Of a stretch of DNA of 64,000 nt, positions 51,617 to 63,599 are shown piece after piece. Made by a program: the position numbers and the translations under genes. The notes under the pieces are model-generated. The model was given only the letters and a program-made list of their open reading frames with translations, was not told where the DNA came from and did no database searches. This stretch comes from Macrostomum lignano (lineage: Eukaryota): contig NIVC01003694.1 in the NCBI GenBank assembly GCA_002269645.1, forward strand, positions 1-64,000, read 5' to 3'. The number at the start of each line of letters is the position of its first letter. The first letter of the stretch is position 1.

Positions 51617-53124
51617 TGTAACATATCTGCGTATGTAATTTAAAAGTAAATAATTTCGTATTTACTCTTATTAGGTTGTATTGGTATTATACTATTTATA
51701 TTGTATTTATCTCACTGTACTTTTTACTGTATGTAATTTATGTTATTTTGCAAGATAATTTTATAATGAAACTTTTGTTTTAATGACTGATAAGTAACCA
51801 ATATAAATATAAATCATCGATTGTTAATAAGAGTTCGCGCTCTGACTTGGCACTCTCGACGGCTGAAAGTTCAAGTGACGGTCCTCGGCAATTCATTTCG
51901 TTACAATGGCGACCACACCAGAACTCGGATTCCATGAAGGACTCCGCTGAATCTTCTGATCGACCGCAAATGTACAGCAACGCAGCCAATCACATCAGCA
52001 TGCAGCGCGCGTCCAGCTAGCCGACGCCAACCAGTATGTCAGCCAGCCGCGAGCCAGGCCAACAAAATCACAGGTGCCGAAGATGCTGCCAAAGGACAGG
52101 TGCTGCAGATACTGTCAGTCGCTGAATGATTTCGAATATTATATTTGTTTTCTTAAAAGCATCTATGTTCAAATACAATACTAGCTGTAGAATGTACATG
52201 TAGATGTGTACCCAGTTCAGAGCAAAATTTTGTTTTTAAATTTGTAATTTTGCTGTTCTAACCTAAAGTCCAGAACCAGGAAGCTGCATTTTCCAATTCC
52301 TATGCTTTGTTGATTGATTTTAATGTAATTGTACTTAATTGTTAATTTGTACTTACTGTAATTCCTTCATATGTACTTTATACTGTATTTTGGCAATTGC
52401 ATATATGTACTTTACTTTTCAAATAATTTTCAATGTTGTACTGTATTTTCTTGTGTTTTGTAAGGTTTCACCCAATGGCAGTGTATCACAATAGTGTGCA
52501 CAGGCAATTCCTTTCATTAATAAAGTGTTTTTTGCTTCATTCATGCTGTGCTCTGCACTGGTTGTGGTGGGGAGAACCCGGGGCTCTGCTAACCCTGTTG
52601 GGTTCTGGTTTTTGTGTTGGTTAACTAGCTTCTCTTTTGGTCCAGACCATTGTTTTAAAATGTGTTCTGTCACCTCATTGCGACGTCTAGTTGGGAATGC
52701 GAGTTCAATCTTTTTTTTGCTCAAAATTTAGCATGTACTGTATATTTAATAGTTATTTTCTATACTTTGTATTCTACTCTTTTGTTAATTGTACTTTTGA
52801 CAATGTGGACATTGTCTTTTCTAAGAGGAGGATAATGTAACATATCTGCGTATGTAATTTAAAAGTAAATAATTTCGTATTTACTCTTATTAGGTTGTAT
52901 TGGTATTATACTATTTATATTGTATTTATCTCACTGTACTTTTTACTGTATGTAATTTATGTTATTTTGCAAGATAATTTTATAATGAAACTTTTGTTTT
53001 AATGACTGATAAGTAACCAATATAAATATAAATCATCGATTGTTAATAAGAGTTCGCGCTCTGACTTGGCACTCTCGACGGCTGAAAGTTCAAGTGACAG
53101 TCCTCGGCAATTCATTTCGTTACA
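51617..53124 (+). mobile_element. Complete non-autonomous miniature LTR retroelement (TRIM-like)
   Basis: LTRs 51617-51905 and 52836-53124 (289 bp, TGTAAC...GTTACA, 1 mismatch: G51880/A53099). TGTA TSD at 51613-16 and 53125-28; PBS-like TGGCGACCAC at 51907; PPT AAGAGGAGGATAA at 52823-35; ~930-bp interior without a pol ORF. Confidence 0.93.
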
Positions 53125-53959
53125 TGTACGTCGTTTAAAATTCATCGGTAATAAAAATTGTATATGCAAATAATAGCTTACCTTAACCTGCAAATGCATT
53201 AGAAATCAATAAAAAAACTTTTCTAGTCCTATTAGATTTTAAAAAGTGTGTTCTTTTAAAATTTAGATGCAAAAGTAATGTAATTTATTTAAACACAAAG
53301 GTATACCTTTGCGGCGTAAATTTAACATTTAATACTCGTACAAGTGCTAGTAGCATCGTCAACATGTCTAAATGTCGCTTTAGCCCATAAACCTGTTACT
53401 TTACATATACAAATATAGACGGTCTACCCTAGGATCATAAATAATTAATGAACAGACTGCAATACCACATCTGCAGTACGTAAGTTTTTACGCATAATTT
53501 CACGTAAAGCTAAAAAATAACTAAGCTAAAAAGCTAAAAAACAAATACATGTATATGTAAGGTCTATAATTTACGCTGCAACATGCCCATCTAATGTAAT
53601 TATAAACAAGAGTCATCCGCAGTTCTCATCAGAAGTGAAAGTTCTGCGCTTACTTCTAATATTAGCTATTTGGCTAGGCATGCATGCCATTCAATCAGTA
53701 CAGTGTGTATGTCGTAATTCTGTGTTTTTTCAGCAATATTTTGCGCCCCATTAAGAGACAATAGTAAAGGGCGCCAACCAAGAGACAAGAGACCTGCAAG
53801 AAATCGAATTATATTTGGCGCGCCTTAGGAGTTGCGTCCCCTCCAATTAAAACTCCGTACGCCCGGAGTCATGTGGAAACAGCTGTGGAAACACAAATTT
53901 TTAATATTAAAATTAATCCCTGGAAAAAAACCTTGGAGTTGTACGACAGGATTACCTGC

Positions 53960-55243
53960 GGCAGCTGCTCCTCCCAGCTAGACTCGGTCTCAACGAACAG
54001 CCTCAGCGCGCAGCTGCAGCGACTTCGGACTTCGACTCGGAGGTCTGGTCGCTCCGATCTGCAGCCCAGGCCAGTACGCGGTCTGCTTCAGCGTGTCGGC
54101 CATTTTCTCCGGTTCGAAGTGGCCGATGCCCTCGTGAAAGTCGGTCAGGAACTGGCGCTGCAGCGACTCCAGAATCACAGGAACCTCCCTCGGTCCCGCA
54201 GCGTCGTTGAAGGCCCGGCAGAGAAGGCCGTCTTGAATTCGCAACTTCCGCCAGATGCGGCTGAGGTGTCGCAGGCTGCTGTCGGACCATCTTGGTGGAG
54301 TCGTGCTGTCGTTTTCCAGTGCATCGATGACCAGCTTGAGCTTCCAATCAGCCCGCTGCGCGCCTGTCACATCTACCGTTGGACACCCGCGGCTCTGTTG
54401 CCGACGCTCCGAGCGTCTCGCCATGGCCCTCGCGTACATCCTCGACAAGCCTTCCGCCTCCGACGCCTTTAATTGTGTACTTGATGGTGAAGGTGAACTC
54501 CTGCAGCAGCATCCGCCAGCGCCCGAGCCGGCCGTGACTGTCGACTCGTTGGGAATTCAGAAACGTGAGCGGGCAGTGGTCAGTGAAGACCGTGAAGTGC
54601 CGACCGAGCAGGTAGTGGCGGTAGATCTTCAGTGCGTGCAGGATCGCCAGGCACTCCTCCTTCTCAACGGTTGAGTAGCCCTTCTCCGGAGCCGTGAGCG
54701 CTCTGCTGCAGTACTCTATCACCTGGTCATCTTGTTTGAGCACGATCCCGACTCCGGTTGTTGCTGGCGTCCGTGTAGAGCTGGAACTCCCTGGAGAAAT
54801 CTGGGTGGCCGATAATCGGCGGCTGCTGCAGGGTGGCTGCTGAAATGCCGTGCTCCACTCGCCGGTCCACTCGAACTTCTTCGACGCCTTGCTGGTCAGT
54901 CTGTGCAGCAGCCCGGTGATGTCGGAGAAGTCGGACACGTACTGGTTGCAGAGGCCCAGAAACTGCCGCACCCGTGTTGGGAACTGCGGCTCTGGCCACT
55001 CCTGAATGCCGCGCACCTTCTCGGGACTCACCGTGGCACCCTTGGCCGAGAACACGTTGCCAAGGAACGTGACCTCCGGCAGGCCCAGCTGGCACTTGCT
55101 GCCCCTGACTGTGAGTTGTGCCCAGCGCTTCTAATCTTCTCGAACACTTCCCACAGGTGCTGGAGATGCTCGGTCTTCGACTTGGAGAAGCACAGCGTGT
55201 CGTCCATGTAGCTCAGCGCCTTTGAACACGCGGTTCATCAGGA
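53960..55243 (-). mobile_element. Degenerate Ty3/gypsy pol fragment (RT end, RNase H, start of integrase)
   Basis: LSYMDDTLCFSK (RT YxDD), PEKVRGIQEWPEP..VRQFLGL, FQLYTDAS, YSTVEKEECLAILHALKIYRHYLLGRHFTVFTDHCPL, RLGRWRMLLQEFTFTIKY, FHEGIGHF..KQTAYWPGL, spread over several frames. No integrase core and no flanking LTRs. Confidence 0.92.
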
Positions 55244-55703
55244 CACATATGCTTTACACAGTTGCAAAATATTTTTTGCTTGGACATTTAAGTTATTAAG
55301 TTAGTGCTGCTTATTTTTAAGCTTTGATAATTAAAACAAACCTACTCGTAGGGAGTAAGTATGCAATGTAATAAATCATTTACGAGCTAAATGTATGTAC
55401 GCAATGCTTCTGCTTTGCGTACATACAGTTTTGAAAAATATTAACGAATCGCAAAAAGAAGTGGCAACGAAAATTCATTTTTGTATAGTCAAACGAATGG
55501 CTTGATTTTTTATCTCTACTGAAAAAAAAATTCGATTGATAGTTAGCAAAGCTATCACTTATATAGCGCTGATGTCCTTCGATGCTCGGAAAGAAAAAAC
55601 TAATAATCACACGTTTAGCCGAATGCATATTTCAGTTTTTGTTGCAGTTCCTTCATATGTACATTTTTGGCCTCCTCTGTTATTCCATCAATAAGTTTCT
55701 TTG

Positions 55704-56243
55704 TCAATCATCTGAATGGTTATTTGTTCCAGTTGATTCACGATGTCGATTTATCTGCAAGCGGCGCTCTTCCCACTGCAAGCTCTGCCGATGCAACAGC
55801 TCTCCGAACTCGTGATCGCGCTCTCTAGACAGAGCCCGAATCGGCACTAGCCACAGCGGATAGGCTGCACCGCACAGTTCGCAATGCGCTTTCATGGATC
55901 GTAGGAGCCAGTTAGTTAAACAGCCGACATGAATGCTGCCAACGCTGCCGCGACAATTGCACAGATTGTGTAGCAGGAGCCCGCGCGACTGAGCACCGTT
56001 GCTGCTAGCAGAATTACAAGTAGAGCTTGACATGCAGATTCGGCAACACTGATCGGATGAATTGGTGTTCGATGCTGCCGCGGAAGTGCCGGATATTATT
56101 GAGTTAGGTTGATCGTTACTACTAGCACCTACAGGACCTCTAGTGGCGGATCGACTCTTGTCTCTGTCGACACGTCTGCGAATGTTTTGGCGACTGCTTC
56201 CCCTACTGTTGGTGCTGCTTGAACTGAAGCTTTGATGGGCCAT
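55704..56243 (-). CDS. RING-CH (RINGv, MARCH-type) domain protein, putative E3 ligase, 179 aa
   Basis: CRIC...LCNCRGSVGSIHVGCLTNWLLRSMKAHCELC fits the C4HC3 RING-CH pattern; Ser-rich N-terminus; ATG at 56243. Confidence 0.8.
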   Translation of the reverse strand: MAHQSFSSSSTNSRGSSRQNIRRRVDRDKSRSATRGPVGASSNDQPNSIISGTSAAASNTNSSDQCCRICMSSSTCNSASSNGAQSRGLLLHNLCNCRGSVGSIHVGCLTNWLLRSMKAHCELCGAAYPLWLVPIRALSRERDHEFGELLHRQSLQWEERRLQINRHRESTGTNNHSDD

Positions 56244-57092
56244 TGTTAATAATATATTTCATGCGCTGCTTTCATCGGTTCAAAATCTTTAACTTGAACT
56301 TGAAGATACGATTCAGAAAGGAACTGTCTATGGTAATCAAGTACGTCAAGGTGTGAGCTAGTTCGTAATCAACTGATTTTTTGGCACAATTCTGCTCAAA
56401 TAAATACCTCCTAATATCTAAAAATTGTGTTAATAATGGAATGCCCAAGTTACAAGCCTGGTTGGTTGAATGAAGAAAAGCCAAGTGGTGTAGAAGCCGC
56501 TAACCTTCGTGAACTGTGTCCCCAGCCCCCCTATTAGCAGCCCGAAGGTGCCAAGCCTTCACCATGGAGGCCGCAGCCTTCGAACACGCAGGAGTTCTGC
56601 TTGCTTTGCTCAGCTTCCATATTTCCATACTTCACAACTACTATATTTAAGTAAAGTGTTGTACCAATCTTCGAATACACGGAACGTTCCCACAAACTTA
56701 ACAAACTTTTAAAACAGATTCACCACCAAAGCTTTAGAATTTTCGTTCTGCTCGTTTCTGTCTGAGACAGTGACTATAGTCAAGGAAGAAAATGAATTTT
56801 ATTCCACCAAATATTAGAAGCTCGAGACAATAATTATTTATCTTCGTATATATACATTCGATTTTGGAAGAGGCATAAAACTACAAGCGTACATATCAAT
56901 GCTTTTGAATTGGTCTTCATTGCGATTGCAAAATCTTCATTTATTAGCAAGTGTCGCCAAGGAGCTCCAGACGCACAACTCCGTGCTCGCTGTTGTTGTT
57001 ACCGCCGCCTCCTCCAGCCTGTCCGTAAATCAACCCGACACCGACTCCGCTGTAGCTACCGCCGGCTCCAGGGCCGCCCCAGACAGCATTAA

Positions 57093-57450
57093 AGTCGCCA
57101 CAATCTATGTATTAGAGGGGCCACAATCTATGTATTAGAGGCGCTACAATCTATGCATTAGAGGTGCCACAATCTATGCATTAGATACGCCACAATCTAT
57201 GCATCAGAGGCGCCACAATCTATGCATCAGAGGCGCCACAATCTATGCATTAGAGACGCCACAATCTATGCATTGGAGACGCCACAATCTATGCATTAGA
57301 TACGTCACAATCTATGCATTAGAGGCGCCACAATCTATGCATTAGAGACGCCACAATCTATGCATTAGATACGTCACAATCTATGCATTAGATACGCCAC
57401 AATCTATGCATTAGAGACGCCACAATCTATGAATTAGAGGCGCCACAATC
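57093..57450. repeat. 23-bp minisatellite GAGGCGCCACAATCTATGCATTA
   Basis: Tandem units read directly. Confidence 0.95.
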
Positions 57451-57457
57451 ATCCGTT

Positions 57458-57948
57458 ATGGAGCATGCTTCAGCATATTGTTTCGTCACTCTGGCAACAC
57501 GAAGACCCAGCTGCCTCGCATGGCAGCTAATTATTCTTCCACGGAGTTTCTGCAGCCGTCGCAGTTGGAGAAAAACAGGCTTGTACAACACGCGGCTCTG
57601 GCTTCACCCCTCAAGCACTGACATACTTCTCATTGTTGAGTCGCCGCCATCGGGATTCACATTTTCTGGACCCACTGACACGGCCAGCGGTTGGAGCCAC
57701 ATCGCCGCAGTGTACGACCGACAGACACTGGAAATCAGGATCTACGTCAACGGAACTCAGAAAGCCACCAGCGGTCCGTTAGCTGCTGTCACATCGTGCG
57801 CGGATTTTGGCAGCACCGTGGAGATTGGAGCTGTCAGCCGCAATGCCGGTCACAACCGCATGCTCCAGGGCTACATGAGATGCTTCTCGGTGTGTCTGAG
57901 AGAGCTTTGAGCGATGCCGAAGTAGAGTTTTTGTACGGACTGTGCTGA
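57458..57948 (+). CDS. LamG/concanavalin A-like jelly-roll domain exon, frameshifted near its end
   Basis: WSHIAAVYD..IRIYVNG..VEIG..LQGYMRCFSV followed in another frame by ERALSDAEV; an extra GT in the GTGTGT run at 57889-95 explains the shift. The 5' boundary is uncertain (candidate acceptor at 57555). Confidence 0.65.
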
Positions 57949-59179
57949 GAAAACTAACAGGACTATTTTATAGGAATAAGAGCTACATTTAGATGTAGTT
58001 TTCATTGTTTTTTTCAGTCGCTACTCAAGATCTAAGTAGAAGGACGCGACACTCGTGTTTTCTGGACATTTTTAAAGGCCTGTTTGCAACAAAAATACAC
58101 AAGAGCGAGATAGACCATTCCGATTTGCTTGTTCTGGAAAAGGATTCTACGGGTTTATGATTGCTTTATTCTTTTGGCTCTTCTTTGGAAACTTGACGGA
58201 TTCTCTTTGCTAGATAGTTTTGGAATGATTAGATGCTGATGTCAGTAGTATATGCTGCGCAAGTCTGCCCCTTTGACCGAAGAAAGTTTTTAGAACAACA
58301 GACGGGCACGTTGAAATGTGCAGAGGACAGAATTAGCCGGCCTTCGGACCTGTCTATGGACCTGTCTATCCATTAGTTAGGTCGATGCAGAGCCAGGCCC
58401 TAGGCATGTGTTGAACAAAAATGTTCACACTAGACGCCACCTCGACCAGCAACTTTGACACGAAATCAGGCCTTGAATGGTGTGACTGCACCCACCGGAG
58501 CAGCCGACTCCGCCGAAGCAGCCGTCGCCAGCGCTGCCGTCGCCGCCTCGCTCGCCATCGTTGGAGCTCCATCTGGCGCTAACAGCTTCACCCCAGCCAG
58601 CCGGCGCCGTAAGCCGTCGTGATTGCGTTGGAAGGTGTTCGGCTGAGATCGTTGAACCCTGGCTGTCCGTTGGAACAAGCAGACTTTGCACCAGCCGAAT
58701 CGCTGCCGTTAGGCCCAGCCTGACCCGGCTGACCTGAAAATGTTTTCAAAGAAGTTCTGAAATGATTGCATAAAGATACCCACAGTAGAATCCCAGTCGC
58801 CAATAACTGACTGACCCCTCCCACTGAGACTGGTTTGCTTGGCCCAACAGCACAACAGCGTTCTCGTATTATACGAGTGAAGTGTTGATGATGCAGCTTG
58901 CAGCGACACAAAGCACCCACAATGCATTTAGCAGCCGTAGCCATCTAGACCAGCGCAGCAATATTCAGCCTTATAATATTTTAAAACTGATAAAAGTTGT
59001 CAACAACAAGATCGCATACAGTTAAAACAAAAAGAGTAACACAGTAGATGCCAACTTCGTGCGGTTTCTACCGACCCAGTTACTGTATAGTGAGAGCAAA
59101 ATTGATTTATTAGATAATGGTGCAATTAGGATACTAAGCCGAAGTCCTCTGTCTGCGAGGCCGCCATTTTATTCAAATG

Positions 59180-59760
59180 AATTGGCGCCATTTCAATTGA
59201 GAGCGGCGCCATTTCAGTTGAGAGCTGGCGCCATTTCAGTTGAGAGTTGGCGCCATTTCAGTTGAGAGCTGGCGCCATTTCAGTTGAGAGTTGGCGCCAT
59301 TTCAATTGAGAGCGGCGCAATTTCAATTGAGAGCTGGCGCCATTTCAGTTGAGAGTTGGCGCCATTTCAATTGATAGCGATGCCATTTCAATTGAGAGCT
59401 GGCGCCATTTCAGTTGAGAGTTGGCGCCATTTCAATTGATAGCGATGCCATTTCAATTGAGAGCTGGCGCCATTTCAGTTGAGAGTTGGCGCCATTTCAA
59501 TTGATAGCGATGCCATTTCAATTGAGAGCTGGCGCCATTTCAGTTGAGAGCGGCGCCATTTCAGTTGAGAGTTGGCGCCATTTCAGTTGAGAGTTGGCGC
59601 CATTTCAGTTGAGAGCGGGCGCCATTTCAGTTGAGAGTAGGCGCTATTTCAGTTAAGAGCGGGCGCCATTTCAGTTAAGAGCGGGCGCCATTTCAGTTAA
59701 GAGCGGGCGCCATTTCAGTTGAGAGCGGGCGCCATTTCAGTTGAGAGCGGCGCCATTTCA
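59180..59760. repeat. ~22-bp minisatellite TGGCGCCATTTCAGTTGAGAGT
   Basis: Tandem units read directly. Confidence 0.95.
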
Positions 59761-59874
59761 CTTAATTGGGCACCACTTCACTTTAGTTCGTGCCATTTTT
59801 ATTGATTTGTTGCCGCTTGTAAATTTCAGAGAAAAGCCTGTCTATCATTCACTATCCGTGCACTTTTACTTAAG

Positions 59875-60134
59875 GTCCGGATCGCTACATGGAGCCAATA
59901 GAAGGCAACTGGCAGCGCACAATGCGCGGCTATCCAACTCAGTGGGTGAAGCTGTGGTGCGATAAGCACGGCCTGGGAAGTCTGGCCAACCGCCTGACAG
60001 GCAACAAGGCGGACGGTGCCAAGCTGATGGACTGGGAAAGGCGACGCAGCTTGCAACGGGAGCTGAGCCTCACCGATTCGGAAGCTGAGAGACTGGCCAC
60101 CGCTATGGACCAGCGCGATTTCACTCTGAAATAG
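59875..60134 (+). CDS. SAM-domain-like short ORF or terminal exon
   Basis: WVKLWCDKHGLGSLANRLTGNKADGAKLMDWERRRSLQRELSL resembles the SAM pattern W..V..W...GL......DG..L...L...L. Acceptor TTAAG|G at 59874/5 is open in frame with ATG 59889. Confidence 0.5.
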
Positions 60135-60258
60135 AATATAGATAGAGTTGCGCAGAAAAACAAGGCTTGCCATTTTTAAATTAAATCCTGCTTTCTAACC
60201 AACACCTACCAGTAGGTAAATATGTAGTTCAAGAATGTACCTATTGATAACTCTTGAA

Positions 60259-60568
60259 GGGGTTGTAGCCTAGTGTATTGAGCGTCAGACTCACTACTGA
60301 AAGGTCGGGGGTTCGATTCCCGATCCCAATCGAAACAATTTGTGTCCTTGAGCAAGAAACTTAACTCTGCATTGCTTCAGTTCACCCAGCTGTAAAATGG
60401 GTGCTAGCATTAGCTGGGGTAATTGAGGCTGTGTGTGGCGACCCCCCAGTCCTTGGACTGAACAGCCGTACGCAGCCTTCAGATGCGCCGCGCAATAGCT
60501 GCGGCTGAGCTGTCGGTTGCACATCTGGCACAGTTGGGGCAGGTATAATCAATTATCGTTATTATTAA
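60259..60568 (+). mobile_element. tRNA-derived SINE with CORE-like central domain
   Basis: A box TAGCCTAGTG, B box GGTTCGATTCCC, then TGTGTCCTTGAGCAAGAAACTTAACTCTGCATTGCTTCAGTTCACCCAGCTGTAAAATGGG, which resembles the MIR/CORE segment; ends in a (TTA)n-like tail. Confidence 0.8.
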
Positions 60569-61073
60569 CTCTTGATCCTGTAGTTTAGTCCTGTAACATA
60601 TCTCATTTTTGCCAATATAATTTTTAAGGCTACGAACGCTAATATTACAATTGTTCTGAGAGTGATAGCCTTCAAAGGAATTGCCGCGTGCACTCGTTAG
60701 CAGCTATAGTTTGTTTGTTTGATTGAATGACACACACAGTAAAAATTGATCTGCTTGCATATATTTAGTAGCTTATTTTATTTATATTTTGCAGTACTAT
60801 AAAAATTTATGCTCCATTATTTACTGGTAGCTACTATAACACAACCTAAAGACACTGCAAAAGACCTGTAAAATCGGTTGACAAAAGTCACGTCGCTTCT
60901 GTAACGACTTGAAAATTCTGACTCCTTTTTAAAATCAAAACAACTTCGTTATAACAAAACGAAACTACAAAAGGCACTGAATAAGAAGTTCGTCACTATA
61001 TGAATGAAATAATAGAGCTTTGGTTGGTTAATTAATAAATCATTATCCCAATATCTCGACGTTATCCCAATTT

Positions 61074-62938
61074 TCAAGAATCCATCTTCATCACCCACAG
61101 TTTCTCATCGTTGTTGTCCGCGCCAGTTCTCTGTTGCGCAGACGAACGACTCTTAGAACTAAACCGGCACAGCATCACTCGACTTCCGATCTCAAAAGTC
61201 AACAATGCGTACAGCCGATTGCTGAGAATCAAATAGCGCAGATCGGACTTGGCCGCACTAACAGTCTCAGACAGCATGGCTATGAGAAAATTGAAGCTGA
61301 ACAGCACAACGATGAGGTGAAGAGTGACAAACACGAGGCCCAGACGGTGCAGAGACGCCTCAGAGAATGTCATAGCACTGATGGCTCGGTAGAAACCCAT
61401 CGCTAGACCCAGAGGTCCGAGGTCGCTTGGAAATACGGGATCGCACGGCACAATCAGAGCCACTAGCCAGGAGCAGGTGAACAGAATTCCGGTTGCGCCA
61501 GCCGCAAATGACAACACTCTGCTCAAGCAGCACCAGATCAGCATCAGCGTATCGATCAGCATCAGCCAGTCGAACAGGGCAGCAATTCCGCAGAATCCAT
61601 ACAGCAGACAAGTTGAGAAGTCCAGCACACGAATCGCCGCCTTCCATTCAGTCAAAAATTCGGTCGGATCGACTGATTCAGCTAGTTTTTGCTTGAGAAA
61701 CTGACTCAATGGTATTGATGTCAGTGTGACTATCACAGCCAAGTGAGTGCTCAAGACGACTATTTTTCCTTGAAGGTGCCTCAGCAAGGCTGCAGTATAG
61801 GACTCGTCTGCAAAAAGGAGCTATGTTTATAGTTCGTTGTTTTAATGCCAATTATTATTTTGAATTTTTTACCTGGCTCCTTCGTGGTATATACGTAAGT
61901 GTGAAAGCAGGCTACAACGCAGCTGCATTCCACCCAGTAAAAAAGTAAAGCAAACCAAGTTAAGATGCGTCCTAGTGGACTGTTCAAAAAGCCCCGGACC
62001 TCTGCTTGTGCGTAATATCCACCACATTCGGTGGTTAGATTTCCACTCTTTGGTTTGTAAACTTTTTCCGTATAGTCGATGTAGAAATCGGAGTACGCCA
62101 GAAGGACGACGAGCGCTTTGATCACGACACAAAAGCAGCCTTTGGCAAAGAAGAAACGCCTTCGCTTCTGAAGCAGACACTCTGACCAGTTGGAAATCAG
62201 CTGCGAGTCCCAGAAAGCTCGCATGGGATTTGTGAGGTGGTAAACCGAGTCTATTGACAGCGTATTAAGCGGATGTTTCGCAGCTCTTTGTCCATGCGAC
62301 AGAGAGTAATCGCTGATGTCGATTTGCAGCATCTGTGCACCACCAAACACTTTAGATTCCGTTTGATAAGTTGGTGAATTCAGTAGAATCCAGGACGCTA
62401 TCTGGTACTTCTGAGCTGCAACCGCTTCCTCGAGAGCGTTTCGTCCTGTGGACGGGTTTTCGACAGACAAACACCAGCAAGTCAGCGTTGGAAAGGTGCG
62501 GAGCATTGACTGAAGAAAGGCTACAGCGGCTGTCTCGTAGCTGTCAGCCGCACCAGCGAGTGTCAGTTTCGCCAACAGACAGTGAACTGGCAGCGGCCGC
62601 GGCTTGGCCATAGACAGTTGAACAGTGAGTTGGTCAGCCGAGACAGCTGACTCGTGATTGACAAGCTGCTGCAAGCACTTCATTGACATGGCACTGAATG
62701 CGGTCTCCAGTAGGGTGCAATGCTTAGCCAGGAATTGCAGTTCGGGAAGCAATTTCGGACTCGGTGGGGCAGTTGCAGACGGTAGCGACATCAGCAACAG
62801 CTGCTGTTGGTCATCGTTTTTAACCAGTACGGACTCCTCGCTCAGCTGTAGCAAGCACAGGAGGTCAACGTCGTCATCATCTTGAAGAATCTTGATCAAC
62901 CTTTGTTGCATCAATTTTGTTTGCCGTTCAACGTCCAT
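61074..62938 (-). CDS. Divergent TRP (TRPV-like) cation channel, 2 exons, ~600 aa
   Basis: Exons 62938-61873 and 61807-61074 with a 65-nt phase-1 GT-AG intron. Ankyrin-like TGRNALEEAVAAQKYQIASWILL, about six hydrophobic segments, S6-like FNFLIAMLSETV, then a TRP-domain-like helix. Confidence 0.72.
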
Positions 62939-63599
62939 CAATTAAAAGTCTAGGATTGTCTTTGCCTGACTATAGCTCAGGGACTTGTCAATGATTTCTC
63001 CAGACTGGTCTGTTCAGCAAATATATTCCCAATTTTTGGGCGCTCACAGCTCCCTCCGCAAACAAACTTCAGACGCATCAGCTGCAGCCAGTATCCATGC
63101 AGTTTATACATAACCGACGAATTTCATCGACAAATAGACAGCTATGGATGTAGACTAAAATTTTTCCCCGAGAAAGTAAATAGCCACTGGACATTGTTGT
63201 CATACCTTGAGCAAATATCACAAACCTTCTAGCGAATTCCATGCTGATTCAATACAGCGAAATTGAGGCCCGCGACAGCAAACTACCAATTAACTTAGCT
63301 ACTGTTTGGTCAGTATAGCTGGCTTTTTCATGAATGCAAAAAGTCAGCCATGGATGCAAATAGGAATTTTCGCGATTATCGTTCTGCTAATTAAACGGGT
63401 TGGTCTCATCTCCTGTCTCTGGGGGAACAGATGCATGCAGAGATGGGTTTTTTTATAGTCGGTCGGAAAAATTCCATCTAAAAAGATAGGAACAGTTGAA
63501 TTTTCTGTAGATATTCTTCTTTCTGGGTAATTTCTTTTCTCTGGGTAGAATTTCTTATTAAAAAAACTGCTCGACAAATATGTGAATTGGTTTGTAAAG

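Noticed and set aside
51780-53199. Duplicated small ORFs (..LELSAVESAKSERELLLTIDDLYLYWLLISH)
   Set aside because: They are antisense translations of the two LTR copies.
53960-55243. Gypsy pol fragment as the interior or partner of the 51617-53124 LTR pair
   Set aside because: It lies outside the TSD-bounded element, on the opposite strand, and is heavily decayed whereas the LTRs are nearly identical.
60259-60335. tRNA gene (also 27724-27800)
   Set aside because: A/B boxes are present, but there is no convincing acceptor stem or poly-T terminator, and both continue into a shared SINE body.
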